This document shows positions 52,539 through 60,935 of a stretch of 64,000 bases of DNA, piece after piece. Positions within the stretch are counted from its first letter, which is position 1. Each line of letters opens with the position of its first letter. The notes below the pieces were generated by a model that saw only the letters and a program-made list of their open reading frames with translations, ran no database searches and had not been told where the DNA came from. Source of the DNA: Bacteroidales bacterium (GTDB lineage: Bacteria; Bacteroidota; Bacteroidia; Bacteroidales; ML635J-15); assembly GCA_017620015.1 (NCBI GenBank), contig JAFZRE010000022.1:73173-137172 (forward strand), in the 5' to 3' direction. Made by a program: the position numbers and the translations under genes.

Positions 52539-54971
52539 TTACCTTACTTTTGCGCCAAGTTCCTTCTCGTAGAACATTATGAGCTTCTGCATAATCTTGT
52601 CGATTTGCTTGTCGGTCATCGTCTTTTCGGTATCCTCGAGCTCGAAACTCAATGCATACGAAATCTTTCCTGGCTCAAGGTTCTTGCCTTCGTAAACATC
52701 GAACAGACCCACCTCGACAATATGCTTAGGCTCGGTGCGCTTTGCAACTTCCTCGAGCTGTGCGTAGGTTACCGACTTGTCGATAAGCAAAGCGAGGTCG
52801 CGGCGAACGCGCGGGAACTTCGATATCGGCTGATATGCAATCTTGTGAGTCTTGGCGAATTTCAGAAGTACATCCCAGTTGATTTCTGCATAAAATACAT
52901 CCTGTGCAATGTCCATCTTCTTGAGCAAATCCTTCGAAACAACTGCGATGCGAGCCACTTCCTTGTCCTTCAACTTGAACGACTGGAAAGTGCTGAACTT
53001 TTCGTCCGACGAAACCTCAAACTTCAAAGCCGACATATCGATACCGATTTTCTTCAGCACTGCTGCCACGCCCGACTTCAGCATGAAGTAGTCGGTTGGA
53101 TTGTCCTTCAGGTTCCAGCTCAACTGGTTGCGCTTACCAGTAATCCACATTCCAAGATACTGAGTTTCGCTGTATGCTGTAATGTCCGAAACCTGCTTTT
53201 CTGCATTATAATAATAGGTGCGGCCGAACTCGAAGAACTTCAAGTCGCCGTTCCTGTAGTTGAGGTTTGCCTTTATGCTGTTGAGACCTCCGAAAAGCAA
53301 TGACGGACGCATAACATTGAGTTCGCGGCTCAATGGATTGTAAATCTTCACTATGCGGTTTGCATATTCGCTGTTTTCGGCAATGTCGTCTGCTGAAATC
53401 ATCGAGAGGCACATAATTTCGGTGTAGCCGATTCCTGTAAGCACGTCCGAAACAAGATTCATCATCTTCTGCGGTTCTGGCTTTTCGGGATAGTTGATGC
53501 TGAACGAAATATGATTCGGAACTTCGATGTTGTTGTATCCGTAAACTCTCATAATGTCCTCAACCACGTCGGCTTCGCCAGTGACATCCACCCTGTAGGT
53601 TGGAATTTCGAGTTTCAAAGTGCGACCTTTGTCCTCCAAAATCTTCATGTCGAGCAAACCGATGATTTCGCGGATGCGGTCTTCGGGGATTTCCTTGCCG
53701 ATAAGGGCGTTGCCACGGTCGATGTTGTATTCAACGATTGCCGGCTCTATTTTGTTAGGATATACATCCACGATTTCGGATGCGATACGACCACAGCCCA
53801 TTTCAACGATTAAGCTTGCGGCACGGCGCAAAGCGTAAGGCACCATGTTGATATCAACACCGCGCTCGAAATGGAACGATGCATCGGTCTTAAGTCCGTG
53901 GAACTTGGAAGTTCTGCGGATTGAAACTGGGCTGAAATATGCTGCCTCGATGAAAACATTCTTGGTTTCGTTGGAGATTCCCGACTTTTCGCCACCGAAT
54001 ACACCGCCTATGCACATTGGCTCCTCGGCATTGCAAATCATAAGGTCGTTTGCCGACAACTTGCGTTCTACGCCATCGAGGGTAACGAACGGAGTGCCTT
54101 CTGCAACATTCTTCACGATAATCTGCTTGCCAGTAATCTTGTCGGCATCGAATGCGTGAAGCGGATTACCTGTTTCGTACAATACGAAATTGGTGATGTC
54201 CACGATGTTGTTTATAGGATTCAAGCCGACCGATTTCAAGCGGTTCTGGAGCCATTCGGGAGATTCCTGCACCTTGACATCGGTAAGGCAGATGCCCATA
54301 TAACGGCGGCAAGCATCGGTATTTTCGATTTTTACATCGATTTTTATCTCATTTTTCGGATTTTCTGTAATTTCTGCCTTTGGAATGTTGTATTTTATTC
54401 CCTTTACGGCTGCCACATCGCGGGCTGCGCCAATGTGCGAAGCACCGTCAATGCGGTTTGGTGTGATGTCGATTTCGATGGCGGTGTCGTTTTCCACCTT
54501 GAAATATTCGGCAGCAGGCGTACCCACCTTTGCATCGGCTGGCAAAACCATGATTCCGTCGTGAGAAGTGCCGATATTCATTTCGTCCTCGGCGCAAATC
54601 ATACCTTCGGAAGGCTCACCGCGAAGTTTCGACTTCTTGATTTCGAACACGCCGTCCTTTGCGTAAATCTTGGTGCCTATGGTAGCAACAACAACTTTTT
54701 GTCCAGCAGCCACATTTGGAGCACCGCACACGATATGCAAAGGTTCGTCACCGCCGACATTTACTGTAGTAACGTGCAGATGGTCGGAATTTGGATGAGC
54801 AACGCAGGTAAGCACTTCGCCTATTACGAAGCCCTGCAATCCGCCTGGCACCGACGAAACTTCTTCAGTTCCATCAACTTCCAGTCCAACGCTTGTTAAT
54901 ATTGCAGCCAGTTCTTCCGGCGATTCGTCAAACGACACATAGTTCTTAAGCCAATTGTATGAAATCTTCAT
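52539..54971 (-). CDS. pheT: phenylalanine--tRNA ligase beta subunit
   Basis: 810 aa. The start MKISYNWLKNYV is canonical, with tRNA-binding, B3/4, B5 and FDX-ACB domain patterns. Confidence 0.96.
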   Translation of the reverse strand: MKISYNWLKNYVSFDESPEELAAILTSVGLEVDGTEEVSSVPGGLQGFVIGEVLTCVAHPNSDHLHVTTVNVGGDEPLHIVCGAPNVAAGQKVVVATIGTKIYAKDGVFEIKKSKLRGEPSEGMICAEDEMNIGTSHDGIMVLPADAKVGTPAAEYFKVENDTAIEIDITPNRIDGASHIGAARDVAAVKGIKYNIPKAEITENPKNEIKIDVKIENTDACRRYMGICLTDVKVQESPEWLQNRLKSVGLNPINNIVDITNFVLYETGNPLHAFDADKITGKQIIVKNVAEGTPFVTLDGVERKLSANDLMICNAEEPMCIGGVFGGEKSGISNETKNVFIEAAYFSPVSIRRTSKFHGLKTDASFHFERGVDINMVPYALRRAASLIVEMGCGRIASEIVDVYPNKIEPAIVEYNIDRGNALIGKEIPEDRIREIIGLLDMKILEDKGRTLKLEIPTYRVDVTGEADVVEDIMRVYGYNNIEVPNHISFSINYPEKPEPQKMMNLVSDVLTGIGYTEIMCLSMISADDIAENSEYANRIVKIYNPLSRELNVMRPSLLFGGLNSIKANLNYRNGDLKFFEFGRTYYYNAEKQVSDITAYSETQYLGMWITGKRNQLSWNLKDNPTDYFMLKSGVAAVLKKIGIDMSALKFEVSSDEKFSTFQSFKLKDKEVARIAVVSKDLLKKMDIAQDVFYAEINWDVLLKFAKTHKIAYQPISKFPRVRRDLALLIDKSVTYAQLEEVAKRTEPKHIVEVGLFDVYEGKNLEPGKISYALSFELEDTEKTMTDKQIDKIMQKLIMFYEKELGAKVR

Positions 54972-54991
54972 CGTAAATCAATTTTGGGTTG

Positions 54992-54999
54992 CAAAGATA
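54992..54999 (-). promoter_or_regulatory. -7 box TATCTTTG for pheT, preceded by an AAATCGT periodic tract (55008-55036)
   Basis: The minus strand reads aaaatcgtaaatccaaaatcgtaaataatattgTATCTTTGcaacc, with the ATG 21 nt downstream. Confidence 0.55.
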
Positions 55000-55163
55000 C
55001 AATATTATTTACGATTTTGGATTTACGATTTTGGATTTTTTAATTGGGGGAAGAGCGGGGAACATATAAGAGATTCTTATATGTTGAATACTTGACGAAC
55101 TAACTTTTTTTGTACCTTTTAGTACAAAGGAATCCATTTTTTTGATTTAGAGAGCAAATTTGT

Positions 55164-55931
55164 TTACATTCCCATAAAAATATGATCTCGATGGTATGCT
55201 AAATAATCTCGATTTGGGGAATGTTCTATAGGCATAAGAATTCGCTGTCCGCTGACACTTCCGAAGTGTTTGTCAAAATAATCTTGAGTTTCATATTCAC
55301 GAAGTGCAGAAGACAATACTATTGTATAATCATCTGGTAAAATAGTTATAAAACCTTTGTCGAAAGCTTTGTCGTATAGTGATGACAAGCAAATGCCATT
55401 TTCTGGATTCAATTTCTGCTGTGGTGTACTTTCTGCCCATGGAATAATATGACCAGCAACAAGTAAATCTGGAATATTTATACCCGTAATTGCGCAACGA
55501 TTTTCATAATTTGCTAGAACCATTGTACGGAAAATAGACTGATTGACTCTTTGTTTTATTACAACTTCTTTTTCTTTTCCTTCAAGTTCCTTTTCTGTTA
55601 TGTTAAGAGTTTCCTCTATCGTTTTATTAAGGAAATTGGCTTTTATGCGTTGTGCTTCACAAAATAGTCTTTCTTTGTCGTTGGCGAATTCTTCCCATAT
55701 AGGTTTGCACACGGGAATCCCAGCAGGCATTCCTTTTCGTCCAGAATTAATAATATAAGGATCACACGCTGCGAAATTAACAAGACGTAAAGCTGCAGAA
55801 TTATTCGTTCTACCAATCAAACGAGCCAACTCCTTTACTTCTGGAGTACTGTGATTTAATCGTCCGAATGGCAACTGAAAATAAACACTTAGTGTCAATA
55901 TTAACTCGTCTCGTGTCCAAATGTTTTTCAT
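55164..55931 (-). CDS. HNH endonuclease of the COG3183 / HNH_2 type (McrA-like putative restriction nuclease)
   Basis: The N-terminus WTRDELILTLSVYFQLPFGRLNHSTPEVKELARLIGRTNNSAALRLVNFAACDP is the typical COG3183 head. The HNH core is NRCAITGI...LVAGHIIPW...NGICLSSLYDKAFDKGFI. Confidence 0.75.
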   Translation of the reverse strand: MKNIWTRDELILTLSVYFQLPFGRLNHSTPEVKELARLIGRTNNSAALRLVNFAACDPYIINSGRKGMPAGIPVCKPIWEEFANDKERLFCEAQRIKANFLNKTIEETLNITEKELEGKEKEVVIKQRVNQSIFRTMVLANYENRCAITGINIPDLLVAGHIIPWAESTPQQKLNPENGICLSSLYDKAFDKGFITILPDDYTIVLSSALREYETQDYFDKHFGSVSGQRILMPIEHSPNRDYLAYHRDHIFMGM

Positions 55932-55934
55932 GCA

Positions 55935-56627
55935 TCAATCATTTTTTCTCCTTCCAAAGACCTTATTCATAATATCCTCTTTCAACTTAGGATGCTCATT
56001 GCACAATTTAATATTATGGTCAGCGACAATCTGAATAAATTGCCATTCATCTTCACGAAGCGGATGATATATTTCGCGTGGGAAACACATCAAATCCTCA
56101 AACTCGTCAACTCTTTCACGGATATATTCGGTTTCCTCCGTTATAGTGCGCAACATTTTCATAAGATCTTCGACGGAACGCCCCGATGCATAATGTGCAA
56201 AGAATATAAACGATGCAGCTTTCTTTTTTATCTCAAACACTTTGGGTATATAATCATTCATAACAACTTGAAACGACTGACCGCCATTAGGAGAAAAACA
56301 TTTTTCAAGTTCCTTCTTGCACAATATTGCAGCAGCATACAACACATGCGTTTTATAACCAAGGTCATACTCAAGGTCATCTCTACGCTCGTTTGCTTCC
56401 TTTGGATTAAATTTTGACATATAATCCAAATACTTGTGATACATATCCTCACCGTCTCCAGATAACCCATGCATTGAATCCAACAGACGGTCAGCAACCC
56501 TGTCCAATTGGTCTATATTCTTAACGCCACTATCCATCATACTCTGCAAAAGTATTGTGCTCGTCTTGACATTTTCCTTTTCCACCCGAAGCAACTCTTC
56601 AATGTTTCTATATAAATCTTGGTCCAT
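55935..56627 (-). CDS. hypothetical helical protein, no family recognised; co-oriented 3 nt upstream of the HNH gene
   Basis: 230-aa ORF with clean coding appearance, no TM segment and no signal peptide. I recognise no motif. Confidence 0.5.
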   Translation of the reverse strand: MDQDLYRNIEELLRVEKENVKTSTILLQSMMDSGVKNIDQLDRVADRLLDSMHGLSGDGEDMYHKYLDYMSKFNPKEANERRDDLEYDLGYKTHVLYAAAILCKKELEKCFSPNGGQSFQVVMNDYIPKVFEIKKKAASFIFFAHYASGRSVEDLMKMLRTITEETEYIRERVDEFEDLMCFPREIYHPLREDEWQFIQIVADHNIKLCNEHPKLKEDIMNKVFGRRKND

Positions 56628-56825
56628 ATTTGGCTTATTTTACAAGTGCAAATATATACATTTTTAACGAATACAGACTACATTTAGGAAAAACTTTACC
56701 TTTCATTATTTTGTTTCCTTATTCTTTCTCAAAGTTGCTCATCGCGCCAACATCTGCTCCAATAACAATTCACTAATTACCCAACCGTTGGATTGCCTCA
56801 TTATCTCATTTTCGCAAAACAAAAA

Positions 56826-57095
56826 ACCACTTATTCCGTTTTTGAGGAGGTGAATTTTACCACTTATTCCATTTTTGAGGGGAGGGAAAACGGATGCTGA
56901 AACCCGAAGGGGTCATCCCGAATTTAGTTCGGGATCAGCATGACAATGTAGAGAACATAACGGCAATAGATGCTGAAATAAATTCAGCATGACAGTTGGG
57001 GACAGGATGACATGGGAGAAGAAAAGAGGCATTACGTTAAAAGATCCTGAAACGAGTTCAGGATGACTGTTGGGTACAGCATGACAATTCGGGAG
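56826..57095. repeat. intergenic repeat cluster: 33-nt-period direct repeat followed by four GATGCTGAA/TTCAGCATGACA-type hairpins
   Basis: accacttattccgtttttgaggagg is at 56826 and accacttattccatttttgaggggagg at 56859. Hairpins are gatgctgaaacccgaagg..ttcgggatcagcatgaca, gatgctgaaataaattcagcatgaca (56968-56993) and gatcctgaaacgagttcaggatgac (57043-57067). Confidence 0.75.
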
Positions 57096-57103
57096 CAGGC
57101 TTG

Positions 57104-57643
57104 CTATTCCTCCACGGTAATGTTCTCGGCAATCAAGTCCTTAAGGTTGTTGATGATGTTTACATCGTTGAGGTTCATGCCTTCGAATACTTCCTTCACA
57201 TCGGCGGTGCTAAGCTCGAAATAGTCGTCGTCGGTGGTGTACTTGATGATGAAGTTGATGTCCTGGTACTGGCAGATGAAGTTGCTGAAGCATCCTGCAA
57301 GGTCGCCCTTGGGCTGCAGATCGATGTGCGAACGCTGATAGTCGGCATAGATTTCGGTGCCCTTGCCAACCTCCGACTTCAGGTAGAACTTGCCGTTGCA
57401 CAGCTCGGAATGGAATTTCAGCAGGGCTATGCCCATACCAATCTTGCGTTCGGGACGCGACGAATAGAACGTTTCGTTGATGGCATCCATCATTTCCTTG
57501 GGCATTCCGCAGCCGTTGTCGATAATCTTGAGCGACAGCAAGTCCTGTTTTGCGCTGTCAACCATTTCAATCACAATCTCCGTAGCCTTTGCCCTGATAG
57601 AGTTGTGAACTATGTCAATTATATGTAAATCAAGAGTTTTCAT
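57104..57643 (-). CDS. histidine-kinase-like ATPase (GHKL) domain protein
   Basis: N box HIIDIVHNSIRA and G boxes IIDNGCGMP and GMGIALL are present. It is the last gene of the cluster. Confidence 0.7.
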   Translation of the reverse strand: MKTLDLHIIDIVHNSIRAKATEIVIEMVDSAKQDLLSLKIIDNGCGMPKEMMDAINETFYSSRPERKIGMGIALLKFHSELCNGKFYLKSEVGKGTEIYADYQRSHIDLQPKGDLAGCFSNFICQYQDINFIIKYTTDDDYFELSTADVKEVFEGMNLNDVNIINNLKDLIAENITVEE

Positions 57644-58368
57644 AATATTATCTGTTCTCCTGTGTGAAGTGCATTTTTAAGGTTGTCGAAACTGAAACTG
57701 TCCATCTCGAGTACACTCGAAATCTTGCCGATGTCGTCGATGTAGTGTGCATCGGAACTCTGTATGTAATTGTAGTCGCTAAACCAGGGAAATTTGTCGA
57801 AAAAGTTGTTCTTCATAGCATAGTAGCTAAGTTCAAGTGCTTGAAACTTAAGCTTATCGGGAACAAACACCAGTTGCGAACTTATGCTGAATGTGCTGCG
57901 GTCAACGTGTGCTGGGATGAAGATTCCGCCCATCTCATAGACTTTCTTCTGCAAATCGAGCATAGGCAAATCAAGGGCATTTATCAATAGATGTGGAACT
58001 TCGTCGAGCACATTTTCCTCCTCGTCAACCACAAACTGGTAGCCGAACTTGTCGGGGTCGTTCTCGAAGAAAATGACCTTAGAATCAAGGAATTTCTGGA
58101 ATTCGGCAAGCTTTTCGGCGTTGGGCATAAATCCCAGGCAATGGATTTCCTCCTTAGTTGTGACTTCGGCACCCATCATCACGGCTATGCCGTTCTGCTC
58201 CCCTATTTTGCGTGTGACTTCGGCATTGAGAGTGCTGTTGTGGTCGGTAAGACCGATAATGTCGAGCCCCTTCTCCTTGGCCTTTGCGATTATGGCAGAC
58301 GGACTCATCTCTATGTCGCCACAAGGTGACAACACAGAATGCATGTGTAGGTCTGCGCGGAATTTCAT
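57640..58368 (-). CDS. PHP (polymerase/histidinol phosphatase) domain protein
   Basis: MKFRADLHMHSVLSPCG and GLTDHNS are present. It has a 4-nt overlap with the downstream ATPase gene. Confidence 0.8.
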   Translation of the reverse strand: MKFRADLHMHSVLSPCGDIEMSPSAIIAKAKEKGLDIIGLTDHNSTLNAEVTRKIGEQNGIAVMMGAEVTTKEEIHCLGFMPNAEKLAEFQKFLDSKVIFFENDPDKFGYQFVVDEEENVLDEVPHLLINALDLPMLDLQKKVYEMGGIFIPAHVDRSTFSISSQLVFVPDKLKFQALELSYYAMKNNFFDKFPWFSDYNYIQSSDAHYIDDIGKISSVLEMDSFSFDNLKNALHTGEQIIL

Positions 58369-58383
58369 GACTGGAAAGCCTTG

Positions 58384-58713
58384 TTACTTAATGAGTTCGT
58401 ATAATTTGCCGCAAAGCATGAATGTTGGTTCCGAACTTGAGAGCACAGCCACATCGTTGTCCTTTGCAAATTCGAGCATATCGTCGTCGGGAACACCGTT
58501 GCGAACGATGATAATTGCAGGAACATCCTTCAGCGCGGCAATCGAAGCCACGTTCTTATGAGTCTGCATGGTTATCCATACCTGACCGCTTTTTGCGTTG
58601 CCCATTACGTCGCTGAGCAAATCGGATGAATATGCGCTCTTTACATCAGCGTCCATGTTTACCTCGTTGTAAACCTTGAGGTTCAGTTTTTCTATAATGT
58701 CTTTCAGTATCAT
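58384..58713 (-). CDS. DRTGG domain protein
   Basis: 109 aa. SSDLLSDVMGNAK...VWITMQTH.N..A.A......IIIV.G is the DRTGG pattern. It is a paralog of 60936..61277. Confidence 0.7.
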   Translation of the reverse strand: MILKDIIEKLNLKVYNEVNMDADVKSAYSSDLLSDVMGNAKSGQVWITMQTHKNVASIAALKDVPAIIIVRNGVPDDDMLEFAKDNDVAVLSSSEPTFMLCGKLYELIK

Positions 58714-58784
58714 ATCGTTTAATTATTTTTTATTCTTTAATTTTTATAATTTAGGAGACGTTGCTCGCAACGTCTCTACAATTG

Positions 58785-58866
58785 AATCGTTAAATCGTCA
58801 AATTTTCAAATCAATCAAATCTTCAAATCGTTAAATCATTGAACCTTGAACTTTAAACCTTGAACA
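58785..58866. repeat. 8-nt-period degenerate tandem repeat (AAATCnnn x7, then TTGAAC words)
   Basis: Sequence gaatcgtt aaatcgtc aaattttc aaatcaat caaatctt caaatcgtt aaatcatt gaaccttgaactttaaaccttgaaca. It is preceded by the perfect 10-bp hairpin gagacgttgc-tc-gcaacgtctc (58755-58776). Confidence 0.8.
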
Positions 58867-58867
58867 T

Positions 58868-60205
58868 TTATAACGTCTTCAGATCTTCTCCCCAGATATC
58901 GAACATCACCTTGTAGAACTCGTCCATCTTCTTGTGTGCGAAAATGCAGTTTTCTATTTTGCTTTCGTTGCGGATAACATCCTCTGCCAAAGCATTGCAA
59001 GTAGGTGCGCCACAAGCTGAGCAGTCGATTCCTGGCAACATTCCTTCGATGCGCTTCATGTTTTCGACCATGCGGAAGGCTATCTGCAGGTTGTCGTTGA
59101 GCTTGAGGATGGAACGAGGCTTTATTTCGTCAACCTTTACCATTTCGGCAATCTTTTCGGCGAATTCCTTGTTGTTGAAGGCAACTTTCTGGTCGGACTC
59201 TTCCTTTTTCGGCTTGCTGTCAATAATTTCGGCACGTGCTTTCAGTTTTTGCTTTGCCACAAATCTGTTTGTTGGGCAGAGAACACCGCCTACGCAACTT
59301 TGGTCGCAGGCTCGCATTTCAACCAAGCCGTTTGCACTAATATCTTCGTCTTCAACCTTTTCCAAAAATTCGATAGCATTTCGTATTCCATCGACGGCAA
59401 AACATGAGTTGTTGAAGTTGCGCGATTCTCCAGTGGTAAGACCCCAGAGGACATCCTTTCCCGTAAGGCTATGATTTATAGGTTCTGCAATCGACTTTGA
59501 ACCGCTGAGCATAAGTTTTACCTTATTATATAGGAAGTCCATATTGATGACGCCCGTAATGAAAGATTTCTTTCCTTCGGCAGGACTTTTCACAGCAGCA
59601 ATCTTTGCAGCACAAGGAGACACATAGAAAATTCCAATGTCCTCGCTTGGAATACCAGCTTCTACCAGCCGCTGGCGGATAACTATCGAGGCGATGTCCA
59701 AAGGTGCGCTAAGGTGTATGATGTTGTGCACCAGCGATGGGAACCGAACCTGTATAAGTCGCACTATAGCAGGGCAATACGGCGATATGAAAGTGTCAAT
59801 TTCATCGTGCTCGGCCATGTACTGCTTGTACAGTTCAATGAGGAACGATACGGCGTGCTCGACTTCGTAAGTGTGGGTGAAGCCGATTTTCTTGAGGCAG
59901 GCATAAATCTGCGAGGTCTTTACATCGTTTGGAAACTGTCCGATGAATGTCGCAGGAACCAGAGCGATGCGATACTTGTAGTCGTCGAGCAGCTCGAAGT
60001 CGTCCTGCTTGATGTAGATTGCGTGAATGGGGCAAGCCTTGAAGCATTCGCCGCAGTCGATACATTTGTTGTTGTATATCACGGCCTTGCCTTTCCTAAT
60101 CCTTATTGCTTCGGTAGGACACGACCTAAGGCAGTGCGTACATCCGGTGCACGTATTGCGGTCGACGCGAAGCGCGTGGTAGAAGTATGATCCGTTTTCA
60201 CTCAT
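58868..60205 (-). CDS. [FeFe]-hydrogenase-large-subunit-like protein with two N-terminal 4Fe-4S ferredoxin motifs and a C-terminal CxxCxxxxC Fe-S motif (sensory/regulatory type, not a canonical HydA)
   Basis: The ferredoxin motifs are CTGCTHCLRSCP and CIDCGECFKACP. The H-cluster-like motifs are diverged: SPYCPAIV, VSPCAAKIAAV, VEMRACDQSCVGG. The C-terminus has IDCSACGAPTCNALAEDV. Confidence 0.75.
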   Translation of the reverse strand: MSENGSYFYHALRVDRNTCTGCTHCLRSCPTEAIRIRKGKAVIYNNKCIDCGECFKACPIHAIYIKQDDFELLDDYKYRIALVPATFIGQFPNDVKTSQIYACLKKIGFTHTYEVEHAVSFLIELYKQYMAEHDEIDTFISPYCPAIVRLIQVRFPSLVHNIIHLSAPLDIASIVIRQRLVEAGIPSEDIGIFYVSPCAAKIAAVKSPAEGKKSFITGVINMDFLYNKVKLMLSGSKSIAEPINHSLTGKDVLWGLTTGESRNFNNSCFAVDGIRNAIEFLEKVEDEDISANGLVEMRACDQSCVGGVLCPTNRFVAKQKLKARAEIIDSKPKKEESDQKVAFNNKEFAEKIAEMVKVDEIKPRSILKLNDNLQIAFRMVENMKRIEGMLPGIDCSACGAPTCNALAEDVIRNESKIENCIFAHKKMDEFYKVMFDIWGEDLKTL

Positions 60206-60224
60206 AGGCCAAAGTTTTTTTCAA

Positions 60225-60429
60225 GTTTCTAAGTTTAACTTCGTTGAGGGCTTCGCCGTTCTATGGCTGCGCCGTTTCTAAGTTTCAAGTTTCTTGGGCT
60301 ACGCCCGTTTCAATGTTTAACTTCGTTGAGGGCTACTTGTGCTGAGCGCAGTCGAAGTACGCCGTTCACGTTTCTGTGGCTACGCCGTTTCTATGTTTCA
60401 CGTTTCTAAGTTTCAGGTTTCTGGGTTTC
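60225..60429. repeat. array of 13 GTTTC pentamers (GAAAC on the transcribed strand) with 7-8-nt phasing, embedded in an 82-nt degenerate duplication
   Basis: GTTTC starts at 60225, 60274, 60282, 60289, 60307, 60370, 60387, 60395, 60402, 60410, 60417 and 60425. The 20-mer gtttaacttcgttgagggct occurs at 60233 and 60315. Confidence 0.85.
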
Positions 60430-60516
60430 TTTGTTTTTTAGGACAACATAGTCGTCACAATTTGTGATGACATATTATTATTCATATCAGCGTAGCTAAT
60501 TGTCCATTGTTAATTG

Positions 60517-60933
60517 TTAATTCTTCAAGAAAACCGTCATTGTTATTGTTGTGCCGACGCCCAATTCCGTCTGTATGTCGAGCTTGTCGGTGTTCTTCTT
60601 CATGTTTGGAAGTCCCATGCCAGCTCCGAATCCCATTTCCCTAACTTTCTGAGAGGCTGTTGAGTAGCCTTCGGTCATTGCAAGTTCGATGTTGGGGATG
60701 CCCGGTCCCTGGTCGGCGACGACCATCACAATCTTGTCGCCATCGATGTCGATGTCGATTTTTCCACCGTAAGCGTGGGCAACTGCATTGATTTCGGCTT
60801 CGTAAAGAGCTACCACTATGCGCTTGATGCTCGCAGGGTCAACATTGAGCTGCTTCAAGGTCTTCTTTACGCTACCCGAGGCATTGCCGGCATTGGTGAA
60901 ATTGCCTTTTTCTATGTCAAAAGTGTAGTGCAT
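60517..60933 (-). CDS. anti-sigma-factor-type serine kinase-like GHKL ATPase (RsbW/SpoIIAB-like)
   Basis: 138 aa. ALYEAEINAVAHAY (N box), VVADQGPGIP and GFGAGMGLPNMKK (G boxes) are present. Confidence 0.75.
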   Translation of the reverse strand: MHYTFDIEKGNFTNAGNASGSVKKTLKQLNVDPASIKRIVVALYEAEINAVAHAYGGKIDIDIDGDKIVMVVADQGPGIPNIELAMTEGYSTASQKVREMGFGAGMGLPNMKKNTDKLDIQTELGVGTTITMTVFLKN

Positions 60934-60935
60934 AA

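Noticed and set aside
55100-55163. Intrinsic terminator for the HNH gene (hairpin tttgtac-ctttta-gtacaaa)
   Set aside because: On the transcribed (minus) strand the hairpin is followed by an A-run rather than a U-run, so I do not call it a terminator. It may still be a structural or boundary element.
60225-60429. Possible CRISPR array (regularly spaced GTTTC repeats)
   Set aside because: The period is only 7-8 nt. There are no 25-40-nt repeats separated by unique spacers, and no cas genes in the window.
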